Made by a program: the position numbers and the translations under genes. From the NCBI GenBank assembly GCA_964523295.1, contig CAZGAH010000004.1, positions 49,680 through 112,548 on the forward strand: a stretch of DNA of 62,869 bases, in the 5' to 3' direction. Shown here one piece after another: positions 48,004 to 56,515 of this stretch (positions are counted from its first letter, which is position 1; each line of letters opens with the position of its first letter). A model generated the notes under the pieces. The model was not told where the DNA came from. It worked only from the letters and a program-made list of their open reading frames with translations, and made no database searches. Source of the stretch: an uncultured Desulfovibrionaceae bacterium. Its GTDB lineage: Bacteria; Desulfobacterota; Desulfovibrionia; Desulfovibrionales; Desulfovibrionaceae.

Positions 48004-50432
48004 TCACAAATTTTAAATCCATTGGCAATTTCGCCGTATTCAACAATTTTGACTGGGATAAAGAAGTCTGCGACGAAAACGGCAATGTGCGGAACTTCCA
48101 AGCCATCAATGTCATCTACGGCAGGAATTATTCCGGCAAAACTACCCTTTCACGTATTCTGCGCGCCATGGAGACAGGAGAGATATCTGATAAATTTGAA
48201 AATCCATCATTTAGTGTGGCTCTCGCCGATGGAAGTCAGGTAACGGAGTCCTCTTTATTGGGGCATGGTAAAACCGTTCGGGTTTTCAACGATGATTTCA
48301 TCCGTGCCAATCTGCGCTTCATCGCCAACCCGGATGACAACATCGAGCCATTCGCAATCCTTGGCGATGACAACAACAAGATCGAAATAGAAATTGAAGC
48401 ACTTGAAACAGAGCTCGGTTCAAAGGAAGTAGGGAACGAGACAGGGCTATATGCCCAAATAACAGCAGCTGTCGCAGAGTACACGAAAACCTTCCAAGCA
48501 CACCAGAAAAGCAATGATAGCCTTGAAAGACAGCTTAAAGAAAAGGCTACGGGCAGAGAAATCGGTATCAAGTACAAGCCGGAACGCTTTGGTGATCAAA
48601 ACTATAACATTCAAAAACTCAAAAACGACATTGAAAAGGTCCTGAACTCAAACTACCGAAAACCAACCGAGGAACTACTGGCTCACTACGAAAGGTTAAT
48701 TTTAGAGAATACGCTCCAACCGATCTCACCATTCCATGCACTAGAACTTAAATTTGAAGGCTTGGCCACTGAAACCGAAGGTCTTGTTACAAAGAAGATA
48801 AGCGGGGCGGACAAGATTGAAGAACTGGTGAAGGATGCTGTCCTGAACCGCTGGGTGAATGAAGGCCGTACTCACCATAAAGGCAAACGAACCAAATGCG
48901 CGTTTTGCGACAATCCCATCTCGGAAGATCGTTGGCAGGAACTTGAAAAGCATTTTGATGAAGAGTCAGCGCGGCTTGAAAAGGATATTGATGCGTTGAT
49001 TGTCAGGATTGAAATTGAGAAGAACAAGGCAAGCACAGTGCTGTCCATCGACAAATCACTTTTTTATTCCAATTTTCACAACCCTCTTGATGAATTAGCT
49101 AGAACACTAACAAATGCCGTTAATCAGTATGGGAATTGCCTGGAAAAGCTAGTTGCTCAGCTGAAGACCAGGAAAGAAAACATTCTGAATCAGAAAGCAT
49201 TTGAAAAGCCCGATGACGCCTCTGCCTATTTATTGGATGTGTGTAGTGTGTATGAATTGATCCATGCTAAATCTGATAATTTTACAAACTCGTTGCGAGT
49301 TGAGCAGACAAGCGCCAAGGCAGCTTTGCGATTTAAGGAAGTCTCGGACTACCTTATCACAATCGGATACCAGGAACAGCAATCCTCAATTGACGAGTTC
49401 AAGGAGAAACTCGAGGGAATCAAGCAGAAGAAAGATCAAAACGAGGACTCTATCCGCTCTAAAAAGGAACTGCTCGCCTCCAAGAAACGAGAATTGAATG
49501 ACGAGGAAAAAGGTGCCAAAAAGGTTAATGAATACCTGAACAACTTCTTTGGGCACCATTTTCTCACGCTTGAGGCCAAAAAGGATGAGATATCCGAAGA
49601 AGAATCAAAACGAATCCGTTTTGAAGTCATTCGTGATGGCAAAAAGGCCCATCATTTGAGTGAAGGGGAATGCAGCCTGCTAGCTTTTTGCTATTTTCTT
49701 GCAAAACTCGACGATATAGACACCCGGGATTCAAAGCCGATCATCTGGATTGACGACCCCATCTCATCGCTCGACGGGAACCACATATTTTTTGTCTACA
49801 GCCTGCTTAGCACCGAGATTGTATCAACAGGAAAGTTCGAGCAAGTGTTTATATCGACACACAACCTTGACTTTTTAAAGTACTTAAGGAGATTGAATGG
49901 TTCTTTCCTTGACCCCGATGGAAAGTCAAAGAACTATCAGAAAAGCTACTTTATGGTTGTCCGGCAAGACAAAAGGTCCACGGTTGGAGTCATGCCGAAT
50001 TACTTGAAGGAGTATGGAACCGAATTCAACTACCTCTTTCACCAAATACACAAATGCGCTGAAATTGAAACGGTTGACGACACGAACTACGTAACTTTTT
50101 ACAACTTCGCAAACAACGCCAGAAAGTTCTTAGAGATCTACTTGTATTACAAATATCCAGATCAGGGAATGAAGGAAGAAGAAAGGCTACGTCTATTCTT
50201 CGGTGATGCAAAAATCCCTTCGGTTTTAACCGACAGAATATGTAATGAATACTCACATCTTTGCGGAGTTTTCGAGCGGGGCTCAACGCCGGTTGAAGTC
50301 CCTGAGATGCGAACGACAGCGAGGCAAATCATTGAAAAGCTCAAGGAGGACAAAGCTCAATATTCCGCCTTGCTGAAAAGTATCGGGGTAGCTGAAAAGG
50401 CGGAGGCAGAATCATGCATGGAATCAAATTGA
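48000..50432 (+). CDS. AAA_13-family ABC/Rad50-like ATPase with a CxxC hook in a long coiled-coil insert and a PrrC/RloC-like C-terminal region (RloC-like putative anticodon nuclease)
   Basis: The ATGA overlap with the hsdS stop is at 48000-48003. Walker A is GRNYSGKT (48120-48143) and the CxxC motif is KCAFCDNP (Cys codons at 48897-48908). The signature-like segment is LSEGECSLLAF, Walker B is IIWIDDPISSLD, and the H-loop is FISTHNLDF. The C-terminal ARKFLE ... NEYSH gives an R-x3-E ... H arrangement. Confidence 0.8.
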   Translation: MITNFKSIGNFAVFNNFDWDKEVCDENGNVRNFQAINVIYGRNYSGKTTLSRILRAMETGEISDKFENPSFSVALADGSQVTESSLLGHGKTVRVFNDDFIRANLRFIANPDDNIEPFAILGDDNNKIEIEIEALETELGSKEVGNETGLYAQITAAVAEYTKTFQAHQKSNDSLERQLKEKATGREIGIKYKPERFGDQNYNIQKLKNDIEKVLNSNYRKPTEELLAHYERLILENTLQPISPFHALELKFEGLATETEGLVTKKISGADKIEELVKDAVLNRWVNEGRTHHKGKRTKCAFCDNPISEDRWQELEKHFDEESARLEKDIDALIVRIEIEKNKASTVLSIDKSLFYSNFHNPLDELARTLTNAVNQYGNCLEKLVAQLKTRKENILNQKAFEKPDDASAYLLDVCSVYELIHAKSDNFTNSLRVEQTSAKAALRFKEVSDYLITIGYQEQQSSIDEFKEKLEGIKQKKDQNEDSIRSKKELLASKKRELNDEEKGAKKVNEYLNNFFGHHFLTLEAKKDEISEEESKRIRFEVIRDGKKAHHLSEGECSLLAFCYFLAKLDDIDTRDSKPIIWIDDPISSLDGNHIFFVYSLLSTEIVSTGKFEQVFISTHNLDFLKYLRRLNGSFLDPDGKSKNYQKSYFMVVRQDKRSTVGVMPNYLKEYGTEFNYLFHQIHKCAEIETVDDTNYVTFYNFANNARKFLEIYLYYKYPDQGMKEEERLRLFFGDAKIPSVLTDRICNEYSHLCGVFERGSTPVEVPEMRTTARQIIEKLKEDKAQYSALLKSIGVAEKAEAESCMESN

Positions 50433-50463
50433 TGGGAGATTCGAGCAAAGGAGGGGACATCCG

Positions 50464-53400
50464 GTGACGCCCAGTTCCTACACCGAAGACACCCTCGTCC
50501 AACAAACCACAGCCGACTACCTGGAACGCCAGCTCGGGTGGAATTCGGTCTACGCCTTCAACACCGAGACCTACGGGCCTGACGGGACCTTGGGGCGGCA
50601 ATCGGACAAGGAGGTCGTGCTGACGCGGTACCTGCGCGAGGCGCTGGTCAAGCTCAATCCTGGCCTGCCGGATTCCGCATACGACGATGCCGTCCGCCAG
50701 ATGACCGCCATCGTGGCCAGCCAGACCATGCTGGCGACCAACCGCGAGAAATACGAACTCATCACCAACGGGGTCCAGGTCACGTTCCGCAACGCCAAAG
50801 GAGAACGGGTACGCGCGCGGTTGCGGGTATTGGATTTTGCCGAGCCCGCAAACAACCACTTTTTGTGCGTACGTGAGCTGTGGGTCAAGGGAGACCTCTA
50901 TCGGCGGCGGGCGGATATCGTCGGCTTCGTCAATGGGCTCCCCGTGCTGTTCATGGAACTGAAGAACGTCAGCAAAAACATTCGTGCGGCCTACGAAAGG
51001 AACTTTTTGGACTACAAGGATACCGTCCCGCACCTGTTCCATCACAACGCGGTTGTCGTCCTGGCGAACGGAGTGGACGCCAGGCTTGGATCGGTCTCCA
51101 GCAAGTTCGAACACTTCAACGACTGGAAACGACTGGAAGAAGACGAGCCCGGAGCCGTGGACATGGAGACCTTGCTCAAGGGCGTTTGCGACAAGGACAA
51201 CCTTATAGACCTCATTGAAAATTTTATTCTTTTTGACGAATCGACAGGGGAGCCCAGGAAAATCCTTGCGCGAAACCACCAGTTTCTCGGCGTGAACCGG
51301 GCGATCGAGGCTGTCAAGGACAGAGCGAATCGCCAGGGAAAACTTGGCGTGTTCTGGCACACGCAGGGGGCGGGAAAGAGCTATTCCATTGTCTTCTTTA
51401 CGCGCAAGGTACACCGCAAGCTAGGGGGCAACTTCACCTTCGTGGTGCTCACGGACAGAGAAGACCTTGACACGCAACTCTACAAAACCTTTGCCGGGTG
51501 CGGCGTGGTAGATAATGACCGCGATCCCTGCCGCGCCGCAAGCGGCCAGCATTTGAGTTCCTTGTTGGCAGAGCACAAAGCCTATGTCTTCTCCTTGATC
51601 CAAAAGTTCAATCAGGAAGTGGACTCAATAGAAGGCTACACCGCCAGAAACGATGTCATCGTCATCACGGACGAAGCCCACCGGACGCAGTATGGCATGT
51701 TGGCCCTGAATTTGCGTAACGCCCTGCCCAATGCAAGCTACATCGGGTTCACAGGGACACCTCTGTTTTCCAATGATGAGATTACCCGTCATGTCTTTGG
51801 GGACTATGTCTCCACCTACGATTTCCAACGCGCCGTCGAAGACAAGGCCACGGTCCCCCTTTACTACGACGCACGAGGCGACAAGCTCAGGATTACCACT
51901 GAAAGTCTGAACGAAAGAATTGCTGAAAAACTTGAAGAGATTGAGATAGATAACATTGATGTAGAGCAACGTCTCGAAAAGGAGCTGAAGCGCGACTATC
52001 ATGTCATCACAGACACAAAGCGATTGGATCAAATAGCCCGGGATCTCGTTCTTCATTATACGAGGGCGTGGGAAACTGGCAAGGCCATGTTGATCTGCAT
52101 CGACAAGCTTACCTGCGTCCGCATGTACGAGCTGATTCTCGGCCACTGGAATCAGCGCGTAGCTGCGCTTGACGTGGAACTGAAGTCGGCTTCAGATGAA
52201 CAGGATGAATCGTACCGACGCAGGCAGATTCAGTGGATGAAAGAAACCGTCGTCGCCGTGGTTGTCAGCGAAGAGCAAGGGGAGGTTGACAAATTCAACA
52301 CGTGGGGCCTGGACATCAAGCCGCACCGCCGGCTGATCAAAGAAGGCATTGAGCTTCCGGAATTCATGAGAAGCAAACCGCAATTCCGAAACAGACAGCG
52401 GATGGGACTGGAAGAAGCCTTCAAGATCGAGGAGCACCCGTTCCGTATCGCCATTGTCTGCGCCATGTGGCTGACGGGGTTTGACGTTCCCTGCCTTTCC
52501 ACGCTGTACCTGGACAAACCGCTCAAGGCCCATACCCTGATGCAGGCCATTGCCCGTGCGAACAGGGTCAACGAAGGCAAGAACAATGGTCTCATCGTTG
52601 ACTATTGCGGCATCCTGAAGAACCTCCGCAAGGCCCTGGCGACCTTTGCAGGACGAGGCGATACCGGCCATGGTGGAAAGGATGAAGAACGAGACCCGGT
52701 CAGGCCGGATGAGGAGCTTCTTGCGGAACTGTCTGAAGCGATCGCCTTTGTTCGCGCCTTCCTGGTCAATAGTGGCGCCTCCTTGGACAACATCATTATC
52801 AAGGCAGGGTTCGAGCGGAACGCCGCCATACTTGCCGCGAAAGAAGCCGCCAATGAGAATGATCAGTCCCGCAAACGTTTCGAGGTCATGTGCAGGGAAG
52901 TATTCAAAAAATTCAAAGCGTGCATCAACGTCAAAGACATAAACAACTACCGGGCCGACTATAACGCCATCAATGTGGTGTACAAGAGCTTGCTGCAGGA
53001 TCGAGAGCAGGCGGACATATCCCATATCATCCGCAGGCTTCATGACGTGGTTGATGAAGCCATCGAGACGGATTCCATGCAGTCCGGCCATGAAAGCGAG
53101 CCGTATGACATGAGCAAGGTCGATTTCGATCAGCTCAGGAAAGAATTTGAAAGGAGCCCAAGGCAGCACACAACGGTCCAGAACCTGAAAGACGCTATTG
53201 AGCAACGAGTGAACCGTCTTCTCTTGCAGAATCCCCTGCGAACTGATTTTCAGCAACATTACGAGGACATTGTCGCCCAGTATAATCGAGAGAAAGATCG
53301 TGCGACCATTGAAAAAACCTTCGAAGCCCTGATCAAGTTTGTGAAGACTCTCAGCGAAGAGGAAACACGGGCGGTTCGGGAAGGGCTCTCCGAGGAATCT

Positions 53401-53712
53401 TTGGCCATATTCGATCTGTTGAAAAAGGACACTCTTCGTGTTGTCGATGTAAAACGAATTAAAAAGATCGCTGTGGACTTGCTTCACAGCCTTAAATCAG
53501 AAAAACTCAAAATAGATAGCTGGCGTGAAAAGGAAACAACTCGTGACGCAGTGAGAGTTGCCATCAGAAATTATCTTTGGGATGATGAAATTGGCCTTCC
53601 AGTAAATTTATATAACGAGACAGAGGTTGAGGAAAAAGCAAACCTGGTTTTTTCCCACGTTTTTCGAGTGTATCCGACAGTTCCATCCCCATACTATGCA
53701 ACGGTTATGTAG
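50464..53712 (+). CDS. hsdR: Type I restriction-modification system, endonuclease/translocase subunit
   Basis: The GTG start at 50464 is preceded by AGGAGGGG. The N-terminal HsdR block is YTEDTLVQQTTADYLERQLGW. Helicase motifs are FWHTQGAGKS, VIVITDEAHRTQYG, FTGTP and MQAIARANR. The C-terminal block is of the NPLRTDFQQHYEDIVAQYN type. Confidence 0.95.
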   Translation: MTPSSYTEDTLVQQTTADYLERQLGWNSVYAFNTETYGPDGTLGRQSDKEVVLTRYLREALVKLNPGLPDSAYDDAVRQMTAIVASQTMLATNREKYELITNGVQVTFRNAKGERVRARLRVLDFAEPANNHFLCVRELWVKGDLYRRRADIVGFVNGLPVLFMELKNVSKNIRAAYERNFLDYKDTVPHLFHHNAVVVLANGVDARLGSVSSKFEHFNDWKRLEEDEPGAVDMETLLKGVCDKDNLIDLIENFILFDESTGEPRKILARNHQFLGVNRAIEAVKDRANRQGKLGVFWHTQGAGKSYSIVFFTRKVHRKLGGNFTFVVLTDREDLDTQLYKTFAGCGVVDNDRDPCRAASGQHLSSLLAEHKAYVFSLIQKFNQEVDSIEGYTARNDVIVITDEAHRTQYGMLALNLRNALPNASYIGFTGTPLFSNDEITRHVFGDYVSTYDFQRAVEDKATVPLYYDARGDKLRITTESLNERIAEKLEEIEIDNIDVEQRLEKELKRDYHVITDTKRLDQIARDLVLHYTRAWETGKAMLICIDKLTCVRMYELILGHWNQRVAALDVELKSASDEQDESYRRRQIQWMKETVVAVVVSEEQGEVDKFNTWGLDIKPHRRLIKEGIELPEFMRSKPQFRNRQRMGLEEAFKIEEHPFRIAIVCAMWLTGFDVPCLSTLYLDKPLKAHTLMQAIARANRVNEGKNNGLIVDYCGILKNLRKALATFAGRGDTGHGGKDEERDPVRPDEELLAELSEAIAFVRAFLVNSGASLDNIIIKAGFERNAAILAAKEAANENDQSRKRFEVMCREVFKKFKACINVKDINNYRADYNAINVVYKSLLQDREQADISHIIRRLHDVVDEAIETDSMQSGHESEPYDMSKVDFDQLRKEFERSPRQHTTVQNLKDAIEQRVNRLLLQNPLRTDFQQHYEDIVAQYNREKDRATIEKTFEALIKFVKTLSEEETRAVREGLSEESLAIFDLLKKDTLRVVDVKRIKKIAVDLLHSLKSEKLKIDSWREKETTRDAVRVAIRNYLWDDEIGLPVNLYNETEVEEKANLVFSHVFRVYPTVPSPYYATVM

Positions 53713-53824
53713 GCTTGTTTAATATTAATATGACAATATGCAATATGGCGTCTGACCAAGCTGCCATCTAGATTTAAATAATAGCACACCTTAATCCGGC
53801 TTATTATTTCCTCTTAAAACCACC

Positions 53825-53975
53825 CTTTCGCCTTCACCCCCCCCATTTACAATTACCACATCCACAAACCGACTTCGCTCTACGCGCGAAACACGAAAAA
53901 ACCGTCCGCAATCTGCCAACGCCAAGAGACAAGAGACAAAAGCCAAGAGCTTAACACGCTCCGACCCCACCCCCC
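53825..53975 (+). repeat. repeat copy 3: miniature, internally deleted copy of the same element (5' ~90 bp plus 3' ~25 bp)
   Basis: 53825-53917 aligns with 42515-42608. Shared blocks are TTTGCCTTCA, ATTTAC-ATT-CCACATC, CGACTTCGCT, CGCGCGAAACACG and CCGCAATCTGC. 53951-53975 (TTAACACGCTCCGACCCCAC) aligns with 43054-43078 (TTGACTCGATCCGACCCCAAC). It ends at the stop codon of the MBL gene. Confidence 0.65.
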
Positions 53976-53976
53976 C

Positions 53977-54858
53977 TCAGAGAACCACTTCCAGTCCCTC
54001 ATAGGCGAGCCCGGCTTCCAAACCCAGGGCGAGGCCGGTCTCGCGTACGCGTTCGTGTATTGCGTCCAGGGCGCTGTCCGGACGCGTGGGTTCGTGGTGC
54101 GTCAGCAGCAGTGACTTTGCGCCGGACTCTTTGGCCAGAGCCAGGCCTGCTTCGTGCGTGGAATGGCCCCAGCCGATCTTGCCCGGGTATTCGCTTTCGG
54201 TATACTGCGCGTCGGCGATGAGCAGGTTGCAGCCGTGGATGAAGTCGACGAGCTGTTGTCGTTTTTCGACGATCCACTTTTCGTATTCGGAATAATCCTC
54301 GTCCTCGGGCGCGTAGATATTGGAGTGTTGTTCGTGATCGCCGGTGTAGAAGAGCGTCTTGCCGTTGCTCTCGATCCGGTATCCGAGCGTAAACACGGGA
54401 TGGTTCATGACGATGGGCGTGATACTGGCCGAGCCGACGGACACGGTCTCGCCTTCGTGCAGCGAGGCGTAACTGAGCGTGGCCTTGAGTTCGGCCTCCC
54501 TGACCGGGAAGTAGCGGTATTCCATCTGCACCGAGAGCACGTCTTTAATCCCCAGCATGGTCACGGGATCGGAGGCGCCGTAGATGGAAAGTTGATTGCC
54601 CGGGACGAAAAGGGGAATGAAAAAGGGCAGGCCCTGGATGTGATCCCAGTGCGTGTGCGTGATGAACAAGGAGGCCGTAATCGGCATCTTTCGCGCCAGC
54701 AGCAGCCCGAGGGGGCGGATTCCGGTGCCGGCGTCAAGGATGATGCAATCGCCTTCGTCGGTGCGCACTTCCAGACAGGGCGTATTGCCCCCGTACTTGA
54801 CGGTGTCCGGCCCGGGCGTGGGAATTGAGCCGCGCACGCCCCAGAATTTTACGTACAT
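53977..54858 (-). CDS. MBL-fold metallo-hydrolase
   Basis: The N-terminus is MYVKFWGVRGSIPTPG...KYGGNTPCLEV and the metal motif is ITHTHWDHIQG (HxHxDH). Later residues are GDHE and LTHHEP. Confidence 0.85.
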   Translation of the reverse strand: MYVKFWGVRGSIPTPGPDTVKYGGNTPCLEVRTDEGDCIILDAGTGIRPLGLLLARKMPITASLFITHTHWDHIQGLPFFIPLFVPGNQLSIYGASDPVTMLGIKDVLSVQMEYRYFPVREAELKATLSYASLHEGETVSVGSASITPIVMNHPVFTLGYRIESNGKTLFYTGDHEQHSNIYAPEDEDYSEYEKWIVEKRQQLVDFIHGCNLLIADAQYTESEYPGKIGWGHSTHEAGLALAKESGAKSLLLTHHEPTRPDSALDAIHERVRETGLALGLEAGLAYEGLEVVL

Positions 54859-54905
54859 ACGCTCTTCCTTGCGGCGCTGCGGTCCCCGGGGCGCAGGCCC
54901 CCCGC

Positions 54906-55793
54906 TCAGGCAGCGACGATGACGACGGTTTTTTCAAGCTCCTCCGTCAGGTCGGGCAAATCCCGAACGAGCCGGTCGAGATTCATGTTCACGCGCTGTT
55001 GGATAGCCGGAGTGAGTTCTTCGATGAGCGCCTCGCCGGAAAAGCCATACCCGCGCGTCTTGCTGGCCTGGTCGGCGGCAAAGACAAAGGCGACGAGGTC
55101 GGAGTTGTCGATATCGGGCCGGTGATGCCGGGCGATGCATTCGGAGAAATCGTCGGGCAATCCCCATTTTTTTGCCACCATGGCCCCGATGTCGGCATGA
55201 TTGACGCCGATGACCCGGCTTTCCACCTCGAACAGGGGCTCGGGATTGTCGCTTTCGTAGCTCGCCGTAGCGAGTCGGAGCGATTCCTTGAACTCCGCGG
55301 GCAGATAGAGCGCGAAGGCGACCTTGCCGATGTCGTGCAGCAGCCCGGCAGAGAAGAAATCGGCGACCCTAGACTTCTCGATGTTAAACATTTCCGCAAG
55401 CTTTCTGCTGATAATCGCCACGGCCAGGGAGTGCAGCCAGAAGGCATTCATATCGAAGCCGGCGTCGTTCTTCATGGGCAGCGCGCCGATGGCTGCCAGA
55501 CTCAGGGCCAGATTTTTCAGCGTGTTCACGCCGAGATAGACGCTGGCCTGATGGATGGAGGTGATTTTTTGTCGCAGGCCGATAAACGGCGAATTCACGA
55601 CCTTGAGGATTTTCAGCGTAAAGATGGGATCATGCTTGATTACGGCGACGAGATCCTTCGGCAGACAGTTGATATCCGACGCCAGTTGGAGCACCTGTTG
55701 CACGCTCTTTGGAAAGGCGGGCATGCTCTCGATGGCCTTGAAGACGCGCTCAGGGGCTGAATCCATACGGGAATTCCTGGTTTGACCCGACAC
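54906..55793 (-). CDS. HDOD domain signalling protein
   Basis: Blocks present are LPAFPKSVQQVLQLASD, IKHDPIFTLKILKVVNSPFIG, the HD-like LLHDIGKVAF, and HADIGAMVAKKWGLP. An alternative start MDSAPERV lies at 55766. Confidence 0.85.
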   Translation of the reverse strand: MSGQTRNSRMDSAPERVFKAIESMPAFPKSVQQVLQLASDINCLPKDLVAVIKHDPIFTLKILKVVNSPFIGLRQKITSIHQASVYLGVNTLKNLALSLAAIGALPMKNDAGFDMNAFWLHSLAVAIISRKLAEMFNIEKSRVADFFSAGLLHDIGKVAFALYLPAEFKESLRLATASYESDNPEPLFEVESRVIGVNHADIGAMVAKKWGLPDDFSECIARHHRPDIDNSDLVAFVFAADQASKTRGYGFSGEALIEELTPAIQQRVNMNLDRLVRDLPDLTEELEKTVVIVAA

Positions 55794-55817
55794 GTGTACA
55801 GCTCCCGCGCGGCGGTC

Positions 55818-56375
55818 TCAACCCGCCAGCGGAGACTCGTCCGCGGGCAGGATCGGTTCGATGCGCGCAAGGACCGCAAGGACGTCTGTCTCGGGATCCT
55901 GCTCGAGCAGGTCGCGCTGCGCGATCAGCTCCTGGTGCACGGCATTTTCCGAGTCCGGACCAAGGCCCTGCCAGACATGAATGGCGCGTTCCCGTTTCCC
56001 GAGTCGCAGCAGCGTCAGACCCAGGAAGGCCGTGGCCAGAAGGTCCTGTTTGCGGAGCATGAGCGTGCGCTCGAATTCGACCCGGGCCTGGATATGCTGG
56101 CCCAGGGCATACAGGCATTTTCCCAGTGCAAACCGAACGTCCGCATTGTTGGGATCGGCCTTGATATAGTCCCGATATCGCTCCACGGCGCCAGGCAGGT
56201 CGCCGCCGAGTTGCGCCTCTGCGGCTTCGGCGAGCAGGTGGGCAGGCAGCGGAGCGATGGCCTGCGGCGGCGTTGCGCCTGTCAGCTCGAGGATGTTCTT
56301 ATGCAGCTCCTTGAGCGGCGCAGAAAGCATTTCCCGACGCGTCATAGTCAACTGCTTTTTCGGTTTCGGTGCCAT
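55818..56375 (-). CDS. TPR-repeat protein
   Basis: 185 aa with TPR-like units (AVERYRDYIKADPNNADVRFALGKCLYALGQHIQARVEFERTL, and TAFLGLTLLRLGKRERAIHVWQ). It lies 24 nt upstream of the HDOD gene on the same strand. Confidence 0.7.
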   Translation of the reverse strand: MAPKPKKQLTMTRREMLSAPLKELHKNILELTGATPPQAIAPLPAHLLAEAAEAQLGGDLPGAVERYRDYIKADPNNADVRFALGKCLYALGQHIQARVEFERTLMLRKQDLLATAFLGLTLLRLGKRERAIHVWQGLGPDSENAVHQELIAQRDLLEQDPETDVLAVLARIEPILPADESPLAG

Positions 56376-56515
56376 AGTCGTTCCCTCGTTTTTTCCGAAA
56401 TCAGGCCTCGAATCACACGCTGCGAACAGCTGTTTTCCACCATACCGTTTTCGGCGGCCGGGTCAATTCCCTGTTGCTTCGGCCGGTCTTGCTGGCAGAC
56501 GTTTCCAGGCCGGGC

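Noticed and set aside
53713-53824. AT-rich tract after hsdR with short palindromes (AATATTAATAT, CAATATG twice), considered as an att site or origin-like element
   Set aside because: There is no matching copy at the other end of the island and no integrase gene. I regard it as the AT-rich tail of the imported DNA and mention it only under the repeat finding.
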